Shown: piece after piece, positions 1-9,969 of the stretch | How positions within the stretch are numbered: the first letter of the stretch is position 1 | Layout: each line of letters starts with the position of its first letter | From: Candidatus Shapirobacteria bacterium | GTDB lineage: Bacteria; Patescibacteriota; Microgenomatia; UBA12405 | Length of the DNA stretch: 64,000 bases | Assembly (NCBI GenBank): GCA_041665485.1 | Contig: JBAYIT010000001.1 | Location: 73,884 to 137,883 of the forward strand | Reading direction: 5' to 3' | Notes under the pieces: generated by a model | The model's database searches: none | The model's input: only the letters and a program-made list of their open reading frames with translations | Told to the model about the DNA's origin: nothing | Position numbers and translations under genes: made by a program

Positions 1-123
1 ATCATTGCAACACTGTTTCATTTGTGAGACAATGTATTATCTCGGCAGGTGGACATGAGAATTTGTAAATAGCGCTAACTTGGACACCCCCTTGAGAATA
101 TTATTTTTTACGAATAAATCAAT

Positions 124-315
124 ATGCCAAAAACATATAAACCCGGTGAAATATCACCAAAATCATCCCAAGCAGAAATTATTGGTCCGCGAGGTGGGCG
201 TAGCGGAGTCGAAAGGACAGTCACAAAAGGCGAACCATTCCCTCCCGGAAGAAAGTCAGGAGAAACTTATCTGATAGTCGACCCGACTAAACATGGGCAA
301 AGGAGGGATAAATAA
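124..315 (+). CDS. YjzC-family small protein
   Basis: KPGE.SPKS.Q.EIIGPRGG...ERTVTKGEPFPP pattern typical of YjzC-like proteins; ends 1 nt before next ATG. Confidence 0.7.
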   Translation: MPKTYKPGEISPKSSQAEIIGPRGGRSGVERTVTKGEPFPPGRKSGETYLIVDPTKHGQRRDK

Positions 316-316
316 T

Positions 317-1372
317 ATGGCATTTGAAATTGATTATATCCCGGTGGGAAACGGAGAAAGCAGCGGTGATGCAATCGCACTTCGATATGGAAATCTTTCC
401 GGGCCAAGGGAAGAACAGACAATCGTCGTAATTGATGGAGGTTATAAAGAGTCAGGAGAAGCTCTTGTCCAACATATTAACAAGTATTACGGCACCAATT
501 TGGTAAATATGGCCATTTCAACACACCCAGACGCAGACCATGCGTCTGGCTTAGCTGTGGTTCTGGAAAAGTGTAAAGTTAACCAGTTGCTGATGCATAA
601 GCCATGGAATCATGCTCAGGACATCAAAAACATGTTTTTCGACGGAAGGATAACAGCATCTGGGCCAGAGGAAAGGTTGGAAAAGTCACTTCAGGACGCA
701 AGTGACTTGGAAAAATTGGCAAATAAAAACGGTATAGAAATATTGGAGCCATTCCAAGGTGTTGGAACAAGCGATGGCAGTATGAGGATATTAGGTCCAT
801 CCTTAGAACTATACGAATCACTTCTGTTATCTTTTAAACCATGCCCTGAATCGAAAGGATTGGATATAGCCTCACTCTTTAAGCAGGTAGCGTTAAAAGT
901 CGACGAATGGGTAGAAGATAACTTGGGGATCGATCTGTTGGATGATGATAATGACCAAACCTCCGCCGAAAACAACACGAGTACGATTGTCTTATTTACG
1001 ATTGAAGGACATAAATTACTATTTACCGGTGATGCCGGAAAAACTGGATTGCATTATGCCATTTCTTACGCTGAATCTCTAGGGATTCCATTAACTGACC
1101 TCAACTTTTTGGATGTTCCTCACCATGGGAGTAAGAATAACTTAAACAGTAAGATTTTGTTGAAAATAAGGGCACAAACAGCTTTTATTTCGGCTTCACC
1201 AAATGATCCAAAACATCCATCTAAAAAAGTGACAAATGCGTTGAAGAAACTTCGGCACGCGGTCTACGTTAATAGAAGCGGCATAATCTGCCACAACTTT
1301 AACTCACCCGTTCGAGAAGGGTGGGTTCCGGTGACTGAAGAACCGTTTCACGATAAATTCAAAGATGATTAA
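317..1372 (+). CDS. ComEC/Rec2-like metallo-beta-lactamase-fold hydrolase
   Basis: VGNG..GDA, IDGG, THPDADH, N..S, LFTGDA, HHGS, HP motifs; start taken at ATG 317 behind AGGAGG. Confidence 0.85.
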   Translation: MAFEIDYIPVGNGESSGDAIALRYGNLSGPREEQTIVVIDGGYKESGEALVQHINKYYGTNLVNMAISTHPDADHASGLAVVLEKCKVNQLLMHKPWNHAQDIKNMFFDGRITASGPEERLEKSLQDASDLEKLANKNGIEILEPFQGVGTSDGSMRILGPSLELYESLLLSFKPCPESKGLDIASLFKQVALKVDEWVEDNLGIDLLDDDNDQTSAENNTSTIVLFTIEGHKLLFTGDAGKTGLHYAISYAESLGIPLTDLNFLDVPHHGSKNNLNSKILLKIRAQTAFISASPNDPKHPSKKVTNALKKLRHAVYVNRSGIICHNFNSPVREGWVPVTEEPFHDKFKDD

Positions 1373-1395
1373 AAATTTGTTAGAATTAGCCTAAC

Positions 1396-2142
1396 ATGTC
1401 AGAAGATTTGAATAGTTTAAAACTAACAATTTTTGAGTTAATCAGCTATGTGTTCCCCGGCCTGTTGGTAATAATACTTGGGTTAGTATTTTTTCCGCCA
1501 GGGTTATCTATACTTAAAGACAACGTAATCTTGGTCTCATTCTTTTCCTACATAATCGGTAATTTGCTCCATCAACTAAGTGAGTCGAACCTTAATTTGA
1601 GACAGTATGGGTGGAAAATTTATCATTGGCTTAAAGAAAAAGATGAAAAAGGTCATGGAATTGAAAATCCGACAGGTCGGATAGGAAGATTAATGAAATG
1701 GTTTAGACATAAATGGTTGGAGAAAAAGAAGGACCCGATTAAAGATCTGTTGAATGTCACGGGGATCCTTAAAGAAAAGTGCAATGTAGACGAAGTCACC
1801 CCTTATGATCTGTATTTTTTAAAGGAGGCGTATCTGATAAACCAACCATCACTGGCTGGCTATTATCAATACCTTCTTTACCAAAAAATTTTTAATAAGT
1901 CATTGTCGTTGATATTTTTCTTAACCGCCGTTTTACTGATAATTTTGGATTACTTCAAAACTATTAGTGTCAATATTTATCCCGGATTATCATATTCAAT
2001 TGACGGTAAGGGATTGATCATTTCAGCAGGACTTATCTTGCTTTCCTTAGTCTTTAAAGACCGTTCTCGCTTTTTCAAAGATTATCGGGACAAAATATTG
2101 GATATGAATGTTTTAATGACTTTTGGAATGAAAAAAGCATAA
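1396..2142 (+). CDS. hypothetical multi-pass (about 4 TM) membrane protein
   Basis: two N-terminal and two C-terminal hydrophobic segments around a basic soluble region; co-oriented with the MBL gene. Confidence 0.65.
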   Translation: MSEDLNSLKLTIFELISYVFPGLLVIILGLVFFPPGLSILKDNVILVSFFSYIIGNLLHQLSESNLNLRQYGWKIYHWLKEKDEKGHGIENPTGRIGRLMKWFRHKWLEKKKDPIKDLLNVTGILKEKCNVDEVTPYDLYFLKEAYLINQPSLAGYYQYLLYQKIFNKSLSLIFFLTAVLLIILDYFKTISVNIYPGLSYSIDGKGLIISAGLILLSLVFKDRSRFFKDYRDKILDMNVLMTFGMKKA

Positions 2143-2235
2143 CCCTGGAAAGAAATCGTAGGCTTTCATTGAAGTTTATTGCTAGCAAATGTACACTCAA
2201 ACTCGTGGATCTGTCAGTAAAAAGACAACTATCTA

Positions 2236-3042
2236 TTAGTTTTCAAACACTCTCGATATCTCCCCGTAAACCTTAACCGACAGAGCCTCTTCCAAAAACT
2301 CGGAATCAAACTTTTTTACCTCGATCAACCGTCTTGCCTCATTTTTTGTCATCGATTTATTTTCGGTTAATCGATAATAGATAATTAGCCCTTCCACCAG
2401 TGAATTCTTGAGCTTTTGACTGCTATGCTGATATACGTACTGACGTAAAAATAAAGCCAAATCTTTAGTGTCAATCGGATCTGATAGCTTAATTAAATCA
2501 ATTAACACCGAGTTCGTTCTGGGAACGGGGTAGAATTTTTCTTTCCCCACTTCCATTAGCACTTTAACTTTAAAAAACGAACTAAAAACCCCATGTTCGT
2601 TGATAGTAGCCACCAGTTTCTTTGGTACCATTAGTACCACCCGGTCATAATTAATAAACGTCAAATGACCAAGCAATTGTTCGGCAAAAGAATATGGTAA
2701 ATTAGATACGATTTTGTTAAAGTCTTTCCCTTGTTTCCATCTTCCTCTTGGCAGAACGTGACCTCTGGCACTCTCAAAGTGGATTTCAACGTTGGTTGGC
2801 AAACCACTCAATATTGGCTCAAAATGCCTGTCTACCTCATAGGTAATAACCTTGCCCGCTTTAGTCGCCAACTCCCGGGTTAAATTACCAATTCCTGCTC
2901 CAATTTCCAATACCACATCATTCGAATTAATCTCTGCCATTTCAACTGTTTTCTTTATGATTTGGCTATCAGTCAGGAAAAACTGATCCAGCAAAGCATC
3001 GGGTGTAATTTTCCATTTACTTAATAACCTCTTTGCATCCAT
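2236..3042 (-). CDS. KsgA/Erm-family rRNA adenine N6-methyltransferase-like protein
   Basis: DQFFL, VLEIGAGIGNLT, VSNLPY, FYPVPRTNS; close paralog of 18061-18873. Confidence 0.8.
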   Translation of the reverse strand: MDAKRLLSKWKITPDALLDQFFLTDSQIIKKTVEMAEINSNDVVLEIGAGIGNLTRELATKAGKVITYEVDRHFEPILSGLPTNVEIHFESARGHVLPRGRWKQGKDFNKIVSNLPYSFAEQLLGHLTFINYDRVVLMVPKKLVATINEHGVFSSFFKVKVLMEVGKEKFYPVPRTNSVLIDLIKLSDPIDTKDLALFLRQYVYQHSSQKLKNSLVEGLIIYYRLTENKSMTKNEARRLIEVKKFDSEFLEEALSVKVYGEISRVFEN

Positions 3043-3120
3043 ATCTAATTTTACTCTATTTTACCCTGTTTACAAAAGCCCTATAATAATATAAAATAGA
3101 CCTATTGTTATAAACACCAT

Positions 3121-4224
3121 ATGTCTAGAACAAGAAGCCCTGAAACTCGCGAACTACCCCAAGAACCCCGTAGGACTAGACACGCCAGAATTGTTCCTAG
3201 TGTGGCCCTTGAACCTAGATTTTCGGAAGCAAATGGCGACGACGCCCCAATACTTTGGCAACCCGGCACCCCCATGGATGAAACTTTCTTAAGAGCGGCA
3301 GGAGTAATACCTAGTGAGGCAATTGGCCAAAATTTTCTCGTTGACCCTGAGCTTGTTGCCCTTGTCGCTTCCCAAATTATTCCTAACGCTCAAGTTGTAG
3401 AAATAGGCGCCGGCCCTGCCAATATGACCGCCGTTATTGCCCCAATCGTCCAAGAGGTTGTCGGTTTGGAAATCGATCCCGCCAGTTACCGACCTATTCA
3501 TGATGCCGTCTTGCCACAATTGGGTAATGCCCGCATCCTCTATCAAGACGCACTTAGTTTTAAATTTGAAAAATGGGTTGAATCACAGAGAGATGCCATT
3601 TATCAGGTGTTTGGCAATATTCCCTTTCACATTGCCGAGCCGCTTTTGGTTAAACTGGCTCGATTAGGGGATAGGGTTGACAGGATTACTTTGTTGGTGG
3701 GCGATAATTTTGCTCAAATTATGGCGATTCGGGATCCGCAAGATATTCGCTATGGCCGAATGTCTTTTGTGGCTAGCCTTTTCCAAGTCGATACTGTCGC
3801 CCAAATTCCTCGAGAGGGATTTTGGCCGGTTCCCCGCACCGATGCCACTCTTATTAACCTTACCCCCCTAGAACACGATTTAGACGGACGAGATTTGACT
3901 TTACAACTTCGTGGGCAAATTATAAATCAACCCGATCTAACGATAATTAAAGTATTAAATGGTTTTTCGCCCCGCCAAGCATCCGGCAAAATGTCGAAGG
4001 AACAAGCCCGTCGCCGTGACCGTCGACAAACTCGAGATGAACTTCGTGGTCTAACCCGACAACTTAAGCCCCAAGACGGTTATGCTTCAGGCGATAACCA
4101 ATCCCGTGTTGGTATTAGTCTTGTTACCCGTCTAGGCCTACCCCCAGAGATACTTAGCCAGCCCTTTAGTCGCTTAAATAATCAACAAGTCAGAATTCTA
4201 GCCCAAGCTATTGAAAAGTTGTAA
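3121..4224 (+). CDS. KsgA/Erm-family rRNA adenine methyltransferase-like protein with N- and C-terminal extensions
   Basis: GQNFLVD, VVEIGAGPA, LEID, QDAL, GNIPF, FWPVPRTD. Confidence 0.75.
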   Translation: MSRTRSPETRELPQEPRRTRHARIVPSVALEPRFSEANGDDAPILWQPGTPMDETFLRAAGVIPSEAIGQNFLVDPELVALVASQIIPNAQVVEIGAGPANMTAVIAPIVQEVVGLEIDPASYRPIHDAVLPQLGNARILYQDALSFKFEKWVESQRDAIYQVFGNIPFHIAEPLLVKLARLGDRVDRITLLVGDNFAQIMAIRDPQDIRYGRMSFVASLFQVDTVAQIPREGFWPVPRTDATLINLTPLEHDLDGRDLTLQLRGQIINQPDLTIIKVLNGFSPRQASGKMSKEQARRRDRRQTRDELRGLTRQLKPQDGYASGDNQSRVGISLVTRLGLPPEILSQPFSRLNNQQVRILAQAIEKL

Positions 4225-4237
4225 TATACAAATTTCG

Positions 4238-4882
4238 TCACTTAGTTTTTTTGGCTAGAATATAGTATCGACCTAAAGAATCCGGATATGATTTACGAGC
4301 TTTAATAATAGTAAAAAAACGCCCGATGATATGATCAACATCTTCGTTAGTAATACCAAATATTTGATCAAGCCTGTCTGGAATTTTCTCACTTTTTTTA
4401 GTTAGCGGGCAAGATAATAGGGTATTTGGTGGTCGAATGAACATTTCCAAAATAATATGTCCATCATTTTTTAATAGTCTATTAAATTCTTGATAGATCT
4501 TAGGCCAAAGGCGGGGACGGCATGAGGAAGTCATCGTTAAATCCATAATCAGATCAAAAGTGTTGCCGGGAATCGGTAAACCTTTGACAATATCTGCCTT
4601 AAATATGGTTGAATTCCTGTTCTGATTTTTAGCATATTTGACAGCCACGCTTGATATGTCGACGCCAGTAGTGTTGGTGAATCCGAGTTTTTCCAGCTTA
4701 ACCAATAACCGCCCTCGTCCACAACCGACATCCAGTATGGATGAATTCTTCTTCAAGACACCTTTTGATAATAGAGTTTTGACAAAACCAACAATATCTT
4801 CGGAAATTGGATAACATGACCAAGATGGTATGTCGTACGAGTAACGATATATTTTATTAAACCGTTTTTGATAGTCCAGCAT
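4238..4882 (-). CDS. class I SAM-dependent methyltransferase
   Basis: ILDVGCGRG, GVDIS, FDLI, LLKNDG. Confidence 0.85.
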   Translation of the reverse strand: MLDYQKRFNKIYRYSYDIPSWSCYPISEDIVGFVKTLLSKGVLKKNSSILDVGCGRGRLLVKLEKLGFTNTTGVDISSVAVKYAKNQNRNSTIFKADIVKGLPIPGNTFDLIMDLTMTSSCRPRLWPKIYQEFNRLLKNDGHIILEMFIRPPNTLLSCPLTKKSEKIPDRLDQIFGITNEDVDHIIGRFFTIIKARKSYPDSLGRYYILAKKTK

Positions 4883-5987
4883 GTTTTAGCAGGATCTCTT
4901 TTAGGATTAAAACCCTTTCGACCTCGAGGAAATCTGTAGCATAGAGCTGGATGATGTTTTTTTGGATGATGCTCTCGGCATTAGCAAACTCCTCTTTTAC
5001 TTTAATATGATAAAAATCGGTTAGGATCTTATTTTTACTTAAAACAGTTTCATAGTTATGTTTTTGAGCATGGAAACCACTATTAATCAAATCTTCAATC
5101 AGATCCTTGGTATTTATATCCACCGACAACTCAATCACCGGCATATGAAAAACTCTATCTGCCTCCGGGTATGCAAGCTGAAAACTTATTTGATCAGTCG
5201 TCGACGACACCTCCCGCTGGAAGTTTAAAATATTAGTCTTTATCGTCAAACGTCGATTTTTGTTATTTTTCAAATCATGTAAGGCTAGCAATAAGGCAAA
5301 TAGGTGTGGTCTAAACTTAATGCCAACATTATTAGGAATATGTTTATAGTGGTTGGTTATTAAATCACTTGGGACTCTATTAGAGTGAGAAAAAAGCAAC
5401 GCCCTGTCGCGAAATACCGGATTATCGGTAGTTAATGCGCCAAGTTCACCTCCGCTAATCAGTTTACCTAAACCAAACGAAACACAATTAATGTCAAAAA
5501 ACTCTCCTATGGGTTTACCTCTCCACCGCGATTCATGGGCATGTGACGAATCAGAAATTATAAAGATTTTATGTTTTTTCTGTAATTGAGAAATTTTATT
5601 CAAATTGGTCAAGTTTCCCCAAGGCTGTAGAACCATTATCGCCAGAGTATTGTCATTGACAAGTTTGTCACACTTATCGACATCTAAAGCATAAGTTGCC
5701 GGATCAACATCACAAAAGACTGGTTTTAATCCAAAGGCGCAAATAACACTAATACTGACATGAAATCCGTAAGTTGGAATAATCACTTCCTTTTTATCAC
5801 TTTCCAGAGAAAGACAAAAAAGGGCTAGATACAGCGCCGAAGTGCCATTACATGTCGAAACACCAAACTTGTTGCCAAATAGTTTAGCCGCCTCGTTTTC
5901 AAACTCCTCCATGTAACCACCCTTAACTGTCGATAGCCAATTATCTTTAATACAGCGATCTATCTGTTCGAGATAGCTACTTGTCAT
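4857..5987 (-). CDS. DegT/DnrJ/EryC1/StrS PLP-dependent sugar aminotransferase
   Basis: FE..A, NGTSAL, PVFCDVD, SDSSHAH, SFGLGKLISGGELG. Confidence 0.85.
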   Translation of the reverse strand: MTSSYLEQIDRCIKDNWLSTVKGGYMEEFENEAAKLFGNKFGVSTCNGTSALYLALFCLSLESDKKEVIIPTYGFHVSISVICAFGLKPVFCDVDPATYALDVDKCDKLVNDNTLAIMVLQPWGNLTNLNKISQLQKKHKIFIISDSSHAHESRWRGKPIGEFFDINCVSFGLGKLISGGELGALTTDNPVFRDRALLFSHSNRVPSDLITNHYKHIPNNVGIKFRPHLFALLLALHDLKNNKNRRLTIKTNILNFQREVSSTTDQISFQLAYPEADRVFHMPVIELSVDINTKDLIEDLINSGFHAQKHNYETVLSKNKILTDFYHIKVKEEFANAESIIQKNIIQLYATDFLEVERVLILKEILLKHAGLSKTV

Positions 5988-5991
5988 GTTT

Positions 5992-7020
5992 TTATCGGTA
6001 ACATTGATATAATTTTAAAACTACCGTCAATGTTTTAAGCGCATCTTCTGGCTCCATAAACAATGACTTCGATTTTCCACAAACGACATTGAAAAAGTCT
6101 CCCATCTGCTCACGATGTTTAGTTCCATAGTAACTTACTGGTGGCGGTTCCGTAAATTTATCCGCATATGATTCCAATAACTCGCCCAACGTTTTAGCTA
6201 CTTCCGGATCCTCGTGGATAAGATGGATTACTTTAACGGGATAATCGGCCGAGAAAGTAATGGTTCCTTTGGTGCCAATTACTTCAATTTTTGAATCCCA
6301 GATATCGATAGAGGTGTTGGTTGTCGACAATATTGCCAAGCTCTCATCGGCAAATTTCATAATTGAAGCAAAAGTATCTTCTGTTTCAATAATCCCTTTA
6401 AATTTTAAATTAGAGCCAAAGGCTCCGACATCAACCGGCAAGCCTTTGATCCAAAGCAATAAATCTAAGGTATGGATAGCTTGGTTAATTAGAGTAGAAC
6501 CGCCCTCTTTGTCCAGTTTCCCTTTCCAGTAACTATTGGTGTAATACTCTTTATTTTTTTGGCTGTTTAGAGTTGCATTTACCATGGTGATGGCGCCGAA
6601 GGTGCCGGAATCAATCGCCTTTTTAATTTCCATGATTACCCGGTTGTACCGGTGCTGTGAAATCACCGTCAAAACATTGTGGTGCATTTTGGCCGTGGCA
6701 ATCATTCTTTCCGCATCTTGAACACTTAAGGCCATTGGCTTCTCAACAATAACATTTTTACCCGATTCCAACGCCCTGATTGCTAAATCAGCATGGCTTT
6801 TATGATCTGTACAGATCGAAACGGAATCAATTGAGCTATTAGCCAAGACTTCTTCAAATGAATTTGCTACCGATGCTATTTTGTGAGTGTCAGCAAATTT
6901 TTTGGCTTTTTCAATATCAAGATCGCAACAAGCGGCAATGGTTATGTTGTTGTGGATACATCCGTCAACATGGCTTGGAGCAATATGTCCGCAACCGATA
7001 ATGGCGTGCTTAATGTTCAT
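5992..7020 (-). CDS. Gfo/Idh/MocA NAD(P)-dependent oxidoreductase
   Basis: IIGCGHIA, H, VEKPMA, QHRY, GG..INQAIHTLD, ETED. Confidence 0.9.
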   Translation of the reverse strand: MNIKHAIIGCGHIAPSHVDGCIHNNITIAACCDLDIEKAKKFADTHKIASVANSFEEVLANSSIDSVSICTDHKSHADLAIRALESGKNVIVEKPMALSVQDAERMIATAKMHHNVLTVISQHRYNRVIMEIKKAIDSGTFGAITMVNATLNSQKNKEYYTNSYWKGKLDKEGGSTLINQAIHTLDLLLWIKGLPVDVGAFGSNLKFKGIIETEDTFASIMKFADESLAILSTTNTSIDIWDSKIEVIGTKGTITFSADYPVKVIHLIHEDPEVAKTLGELLESYADKFTEPPPVSYYGTKHREQMGDFFNVVCGKSKSLFMEPEDALKTLTVVLKLYQCYR

Positions 7021-7028
7021 TTTTTTGT

Positions 7029-7943
7029 TTATAAATTAGTATTAGAATTAACTTCGTTAATTAAAATTTGAGCCCAAACGTCAGTTTTGTTTTGAGCCAG
7101 GTGAAGTATTTTTACCCCCGCCAAACTCTCTCTGATCTCTTGCGGACTGGGATTTGTTTTCTTCATTATTTCTTCAAGTGCATGTCCCGGCATAAAATTC
7201 CACGCCAGTGGTAATTCTCTTACTGTCAACTCGTTCTCCAATTGGTCGATGGCTAGCCATAAACAAAGTTGGTCATTGGGGATAAAACTATTTTTGTTTT
7301 TTCCGGTTAACATTTGTAAATAGAATTTTTTCCACAATCCAGCTAGGATGCGGATACCATCAGAAGAGCCGTAGATTATTCCTCCGTTCCAACATCTAAT
7401 ATTTAGTAACCTTTCCGCTGAGTAGTTGGTTTCAAAAGTGTTATTAACCAAATCAGCCATTTGTTGAGCCGATAATTGTGAACTGTCTTTAAAATACAGC
7501 CAACTAATGTCTGTTATGGATAATCTTCCCGGTCGACGTAATAATAAATAAACTACCGGTTTGTTGCTGTCACCAACTTCTAATTCTGTCGTTATCTTGT
7601 CCACATCTTCTAGGGCTAGAATATCGCTGTCGATGTACATTAGAGAATTAAAATTCTCGTCACTCATCGACTCTAATTTTGCGATTCTGGTGAGTGAGTG
7701 TTCGAGCTCACTGGTCGCACCAAGTGATTCTTTTAAATCTTGAGGCACTTTCACTTTCTTTATCTGGCAATATTGATCTCCCTGATCGGTTATATTTTTT
7801 ATATTACTACAGCTATAAACGTGGATAGGTAAATGGCTGTTAAGTTTTCTTATACTTCGAATGGCTGTTTTAAGGTAGGTTGTATATTTCTCGTCACTTG
7901 CCATCACTAGGCCAAAGGGTTGTTTTACTTTTTTGGGAATCAT
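7029..7943 (-). CDS. GT-A fold glycosyltransferase, GT8-like
   Basis: ASDEKY, YIDSDIL (DxD), NGG, DQ, LPLAWN, ILH. Confidence 0.75.
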   Translation of the reverse strand: MIPKKVKQPFGLVMASDEKYTTYLKTAIRSIRKLNSHLPIHVYSCSNIKNITDQGDQYCQIKKVKVPQDLKESLGATSELEHSLTRIAKLESMSDENFNSLMYIDSDILALEDVDKITTELEVGDSNKPVVYLLLRRPGRLSITDISWLYFKDSSQLSAQQMADLVNNTFETNYSAERLLNIRCWNGGIIYGSSDGIRILAGLWKKFYLQMLTGKNKNSFIPNDQLCLWLAIDQLENELTVRELPLAWNFMPGHALEEIMKKTNPSPQEIRESLAGVKILHLAQNKTDVWAQILINEVNSNTNL

Positions 7944-7976
7944 GAATATGTTTTATGAATAATTAATAATTTACCT

Positions 7977-8696
7977 TTAATTATCTTTTGTTGTTTCAAT
8001 AAAATTAGCTTCAAGCAGAAACTGCATCACTTTAATGGCAGTTTCCGAATATTTACCGTTGTTGTCAATGATGACATAGGAGCCATTTGGTAACAACCGA
8101 CTTTGTCGAAGAATTTCATCCTGGATTGCAAGCAGTTTGTCGTTCGAATATCGCTTTCTTAAAGTTTGATTATCACCAAAAAGTTTCTTTTCATTTGAAT
8201 TGAGTTTTGTCTCGTTGACCGTTAGTATGATTAGCTTACTATTTTTCTTTAGATATGGAGCAATAATTGTTGGGTTAAGCTGGACTCCCTCAAAAAGAAC
8301 GTTTTGAGCGCCTTGAACTTCTAGTTTGGGAATAATACTATCTAACAAAGAACACACCCCTTCAGAATAACGGTTATAACCCTTGATTAGATTATTTTTG
8401 GAATACAGACCATCTCCAATTAGTTTATAACTATCACAAGATCCAAGGAAAACATAAGGGTTTCTCATCTCTTTAACTTTTAGGTTTTCTATTTCTTGAG
8501 ACACGAGGCGCAGGACGTCCATCGACTGGAGGACACAACTTTCAATAGAACCCGATATTAGTGGGGCAATTGTTGACTTTCCTGATAGGGGAACCCCGGT
8601 CATAAAAAGAGCCGTATTGGGTAAGGTAAATTTATACTTTGGCTTAAGTATCGTAAAATGTGTTTTTATTGTATTATTCTTCATCTTTCCAAACAT
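7977..8696 (-). CDS. P-loop kinase, 2-phosphoglycerate-kinase-like
   Basis: GVPLSGKST Walker A, MDVLR, VLFEGVQLNP. Confidence 0.65.
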   Translation of the reverse strand: MFGKMKNNTIKTHFTILKPKYKFTLPNTALFMTGVPLSGKSTIAPLISGSIESCVLQSMDVLRLVSQEIENLKVKEMRNPYVFLGSCDSYKLIGDGLYSKNNLIKGYNRYSEGVCSLLDSIIPKLEVQGAQNVLFEGVQLNPTIIAPYLKKNSKLIILTVNETKLNSNEKKLFGDNQTLRKRYSNDKLLAIQDEILRQSRLLPNGSYVIIDNNGKYSETAIKVMQFLLEANFIETTKDN

Positions 8697-9969
8697 CCTT
8701 CTCTCTTTTGAGCTTTAATAAATGAACCAGTCTGTCTTTTGATTTTTTCTGCAGACCATTGTCGTTTGGTCTATTTAGGTTTTCAAGAACAATCTCGGCG
8801 ACGGTTTGAGTTTCGGTTTCGGTGTAGCCCCTCGCGGTTATCCAAGATGTTCCCAGCCTGATGCCGCTGGCCACATAAGGCTTTAATGTTTCGCCCGGCA
8901 CTACCTGTCTGTTGGTCAAAATTCCAATATTTTCCAAGTTAGTTTCCGCCTCTTTTCCGGTCAGATTAAAAGTCTTTAGGGTATTTAAAACCATTAAATG
9001 AGTGTCACTTCCGCCCGTAACCATAAGTTCGGGGTATTGTCCAAACACCTTTTCAAAAACTTTAATATTCGTTATCACCCTGGAAACATAGTCCTTAAAC
9101 CAAGGCTTACCAGAATCTATCAAGCATTGGGCTATTTCATAAATACGCCTTAATGGCACGCTTGATTGAACGCCGGGATGGACAGCTCTGTCAATATCCT
9201 CTTTCAGAGATTCTTTGCACAAAATAATGCCGCCATGTGGCCCCAACATGGTTTTATCAAGAGTTAACGTGACCACATCACAATAAGGAAATGGCTTTGG
9301 AAATTTTTCACCCACGATCAAACCGGCAGGGTGCGATAAATCAGCCATTAAATAAGCTCCAACCCGCCTTGAGATATCCGCCAATTTGCCAAAGTCTATT
9401 GTTCTTGGATATGAAGACGCTCCGCAGACAATTAGTTTAGGTTTAAATTCTTTTGCTTGCTTCCTGATGGCGTCATAATCTATCCACCCGTCATTTCCAA
9501 CTCCATAAAAATCAAAATTAAAGAATCTTCCTGAGAAGTTTTTCTTCATTCCATGGGTTAAATGTCCTCCGGCTTCAAACTTCATCGCCAAAACCCTGTC
9601 TCCGTTCTCCAGTAGCCCTTGATACACAGCCTGATTTGCCTGGCTAACCGAATGTGGCTGCACATTGGCATGTTCTGCCCCAAATAATTCACAAGCCACC
9701 TCGGTGGCTATTCTTTCAATCCGGTTAAATCCTTCAGCTCCGGCATAAGGTCTGTGTTCAAGAAGACCTTCGGCAATACTGGCATGCCTAAGGGGAATGT
9801 CGATATATTTTCGAAGAGTCGGGCTGGCCGGAGCAATCAGATTTGTCGTTATTAGGTCATACTGATCCTGCATCTTAGCCGCTAAAACCAACTCCTTTTC
9901 TTTTTCCTGATAATATTTTTTATTATTTTTCACTCTTGGATTAAGCCTAAGATTCTGACTTATAAGCAA
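8674..9969 (-). CDS. divergent serine hydroxymethyltransferase-family PLP enzyme
   Basis: AEG, NVQPHS, GGHLTHG, GASSYPR, DKT..GP.GG, SGIRLGT; several canonical GlyA residues substituted; exact start uncertain. Confidence 0.8.
   Translation of the reverse strand: MLISQNLRLNPRVKNNKKYYQEKEKELVLAAKMQDQYDLITTNLIAPASPTLRKYIDIPLRHASIAEGLLEHRPYAGAEGFNRIERIATEVACELFGAEHANVQPHSVSQANQAVYQGLLENGDRVLAMKFEAGGHLTHGMKKNFSGRFFNFDFYGVGNDGWIDYDAIRKQAKEFKPKLIVCGASSYPRTIDFGKLADISRRVGAYLMADLSHPAGLIVGEKFPKPFPYCDVVTLTLDKTMLGPHGGIILCKESLKEDIDRAVHPGVQSSVPLRRIYEIAQCLIDSGKPWFKDYVSRVITNIKVFEKVFGQYPELMVTGGSDTHLMVLNTLKTFNLTGKEAETNLENIGILTNRQVVPGETLKPYVASGIRLGTSWITARGYTETETQTVAEIVLENLNRPNDNGLQKKSKDRLVHLLKLKREKDVWKDEE

Noticed and set aside
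317-1372. Competence gene comEC or a beta-lactamase
   Set aside because: No membrane competence domain or signal peptide; only the MBL fold is supported.
8674-9969. Housekeeping glyA
   Set aside because: Multiple active-site substitutions and cluster context; symbol withheld.
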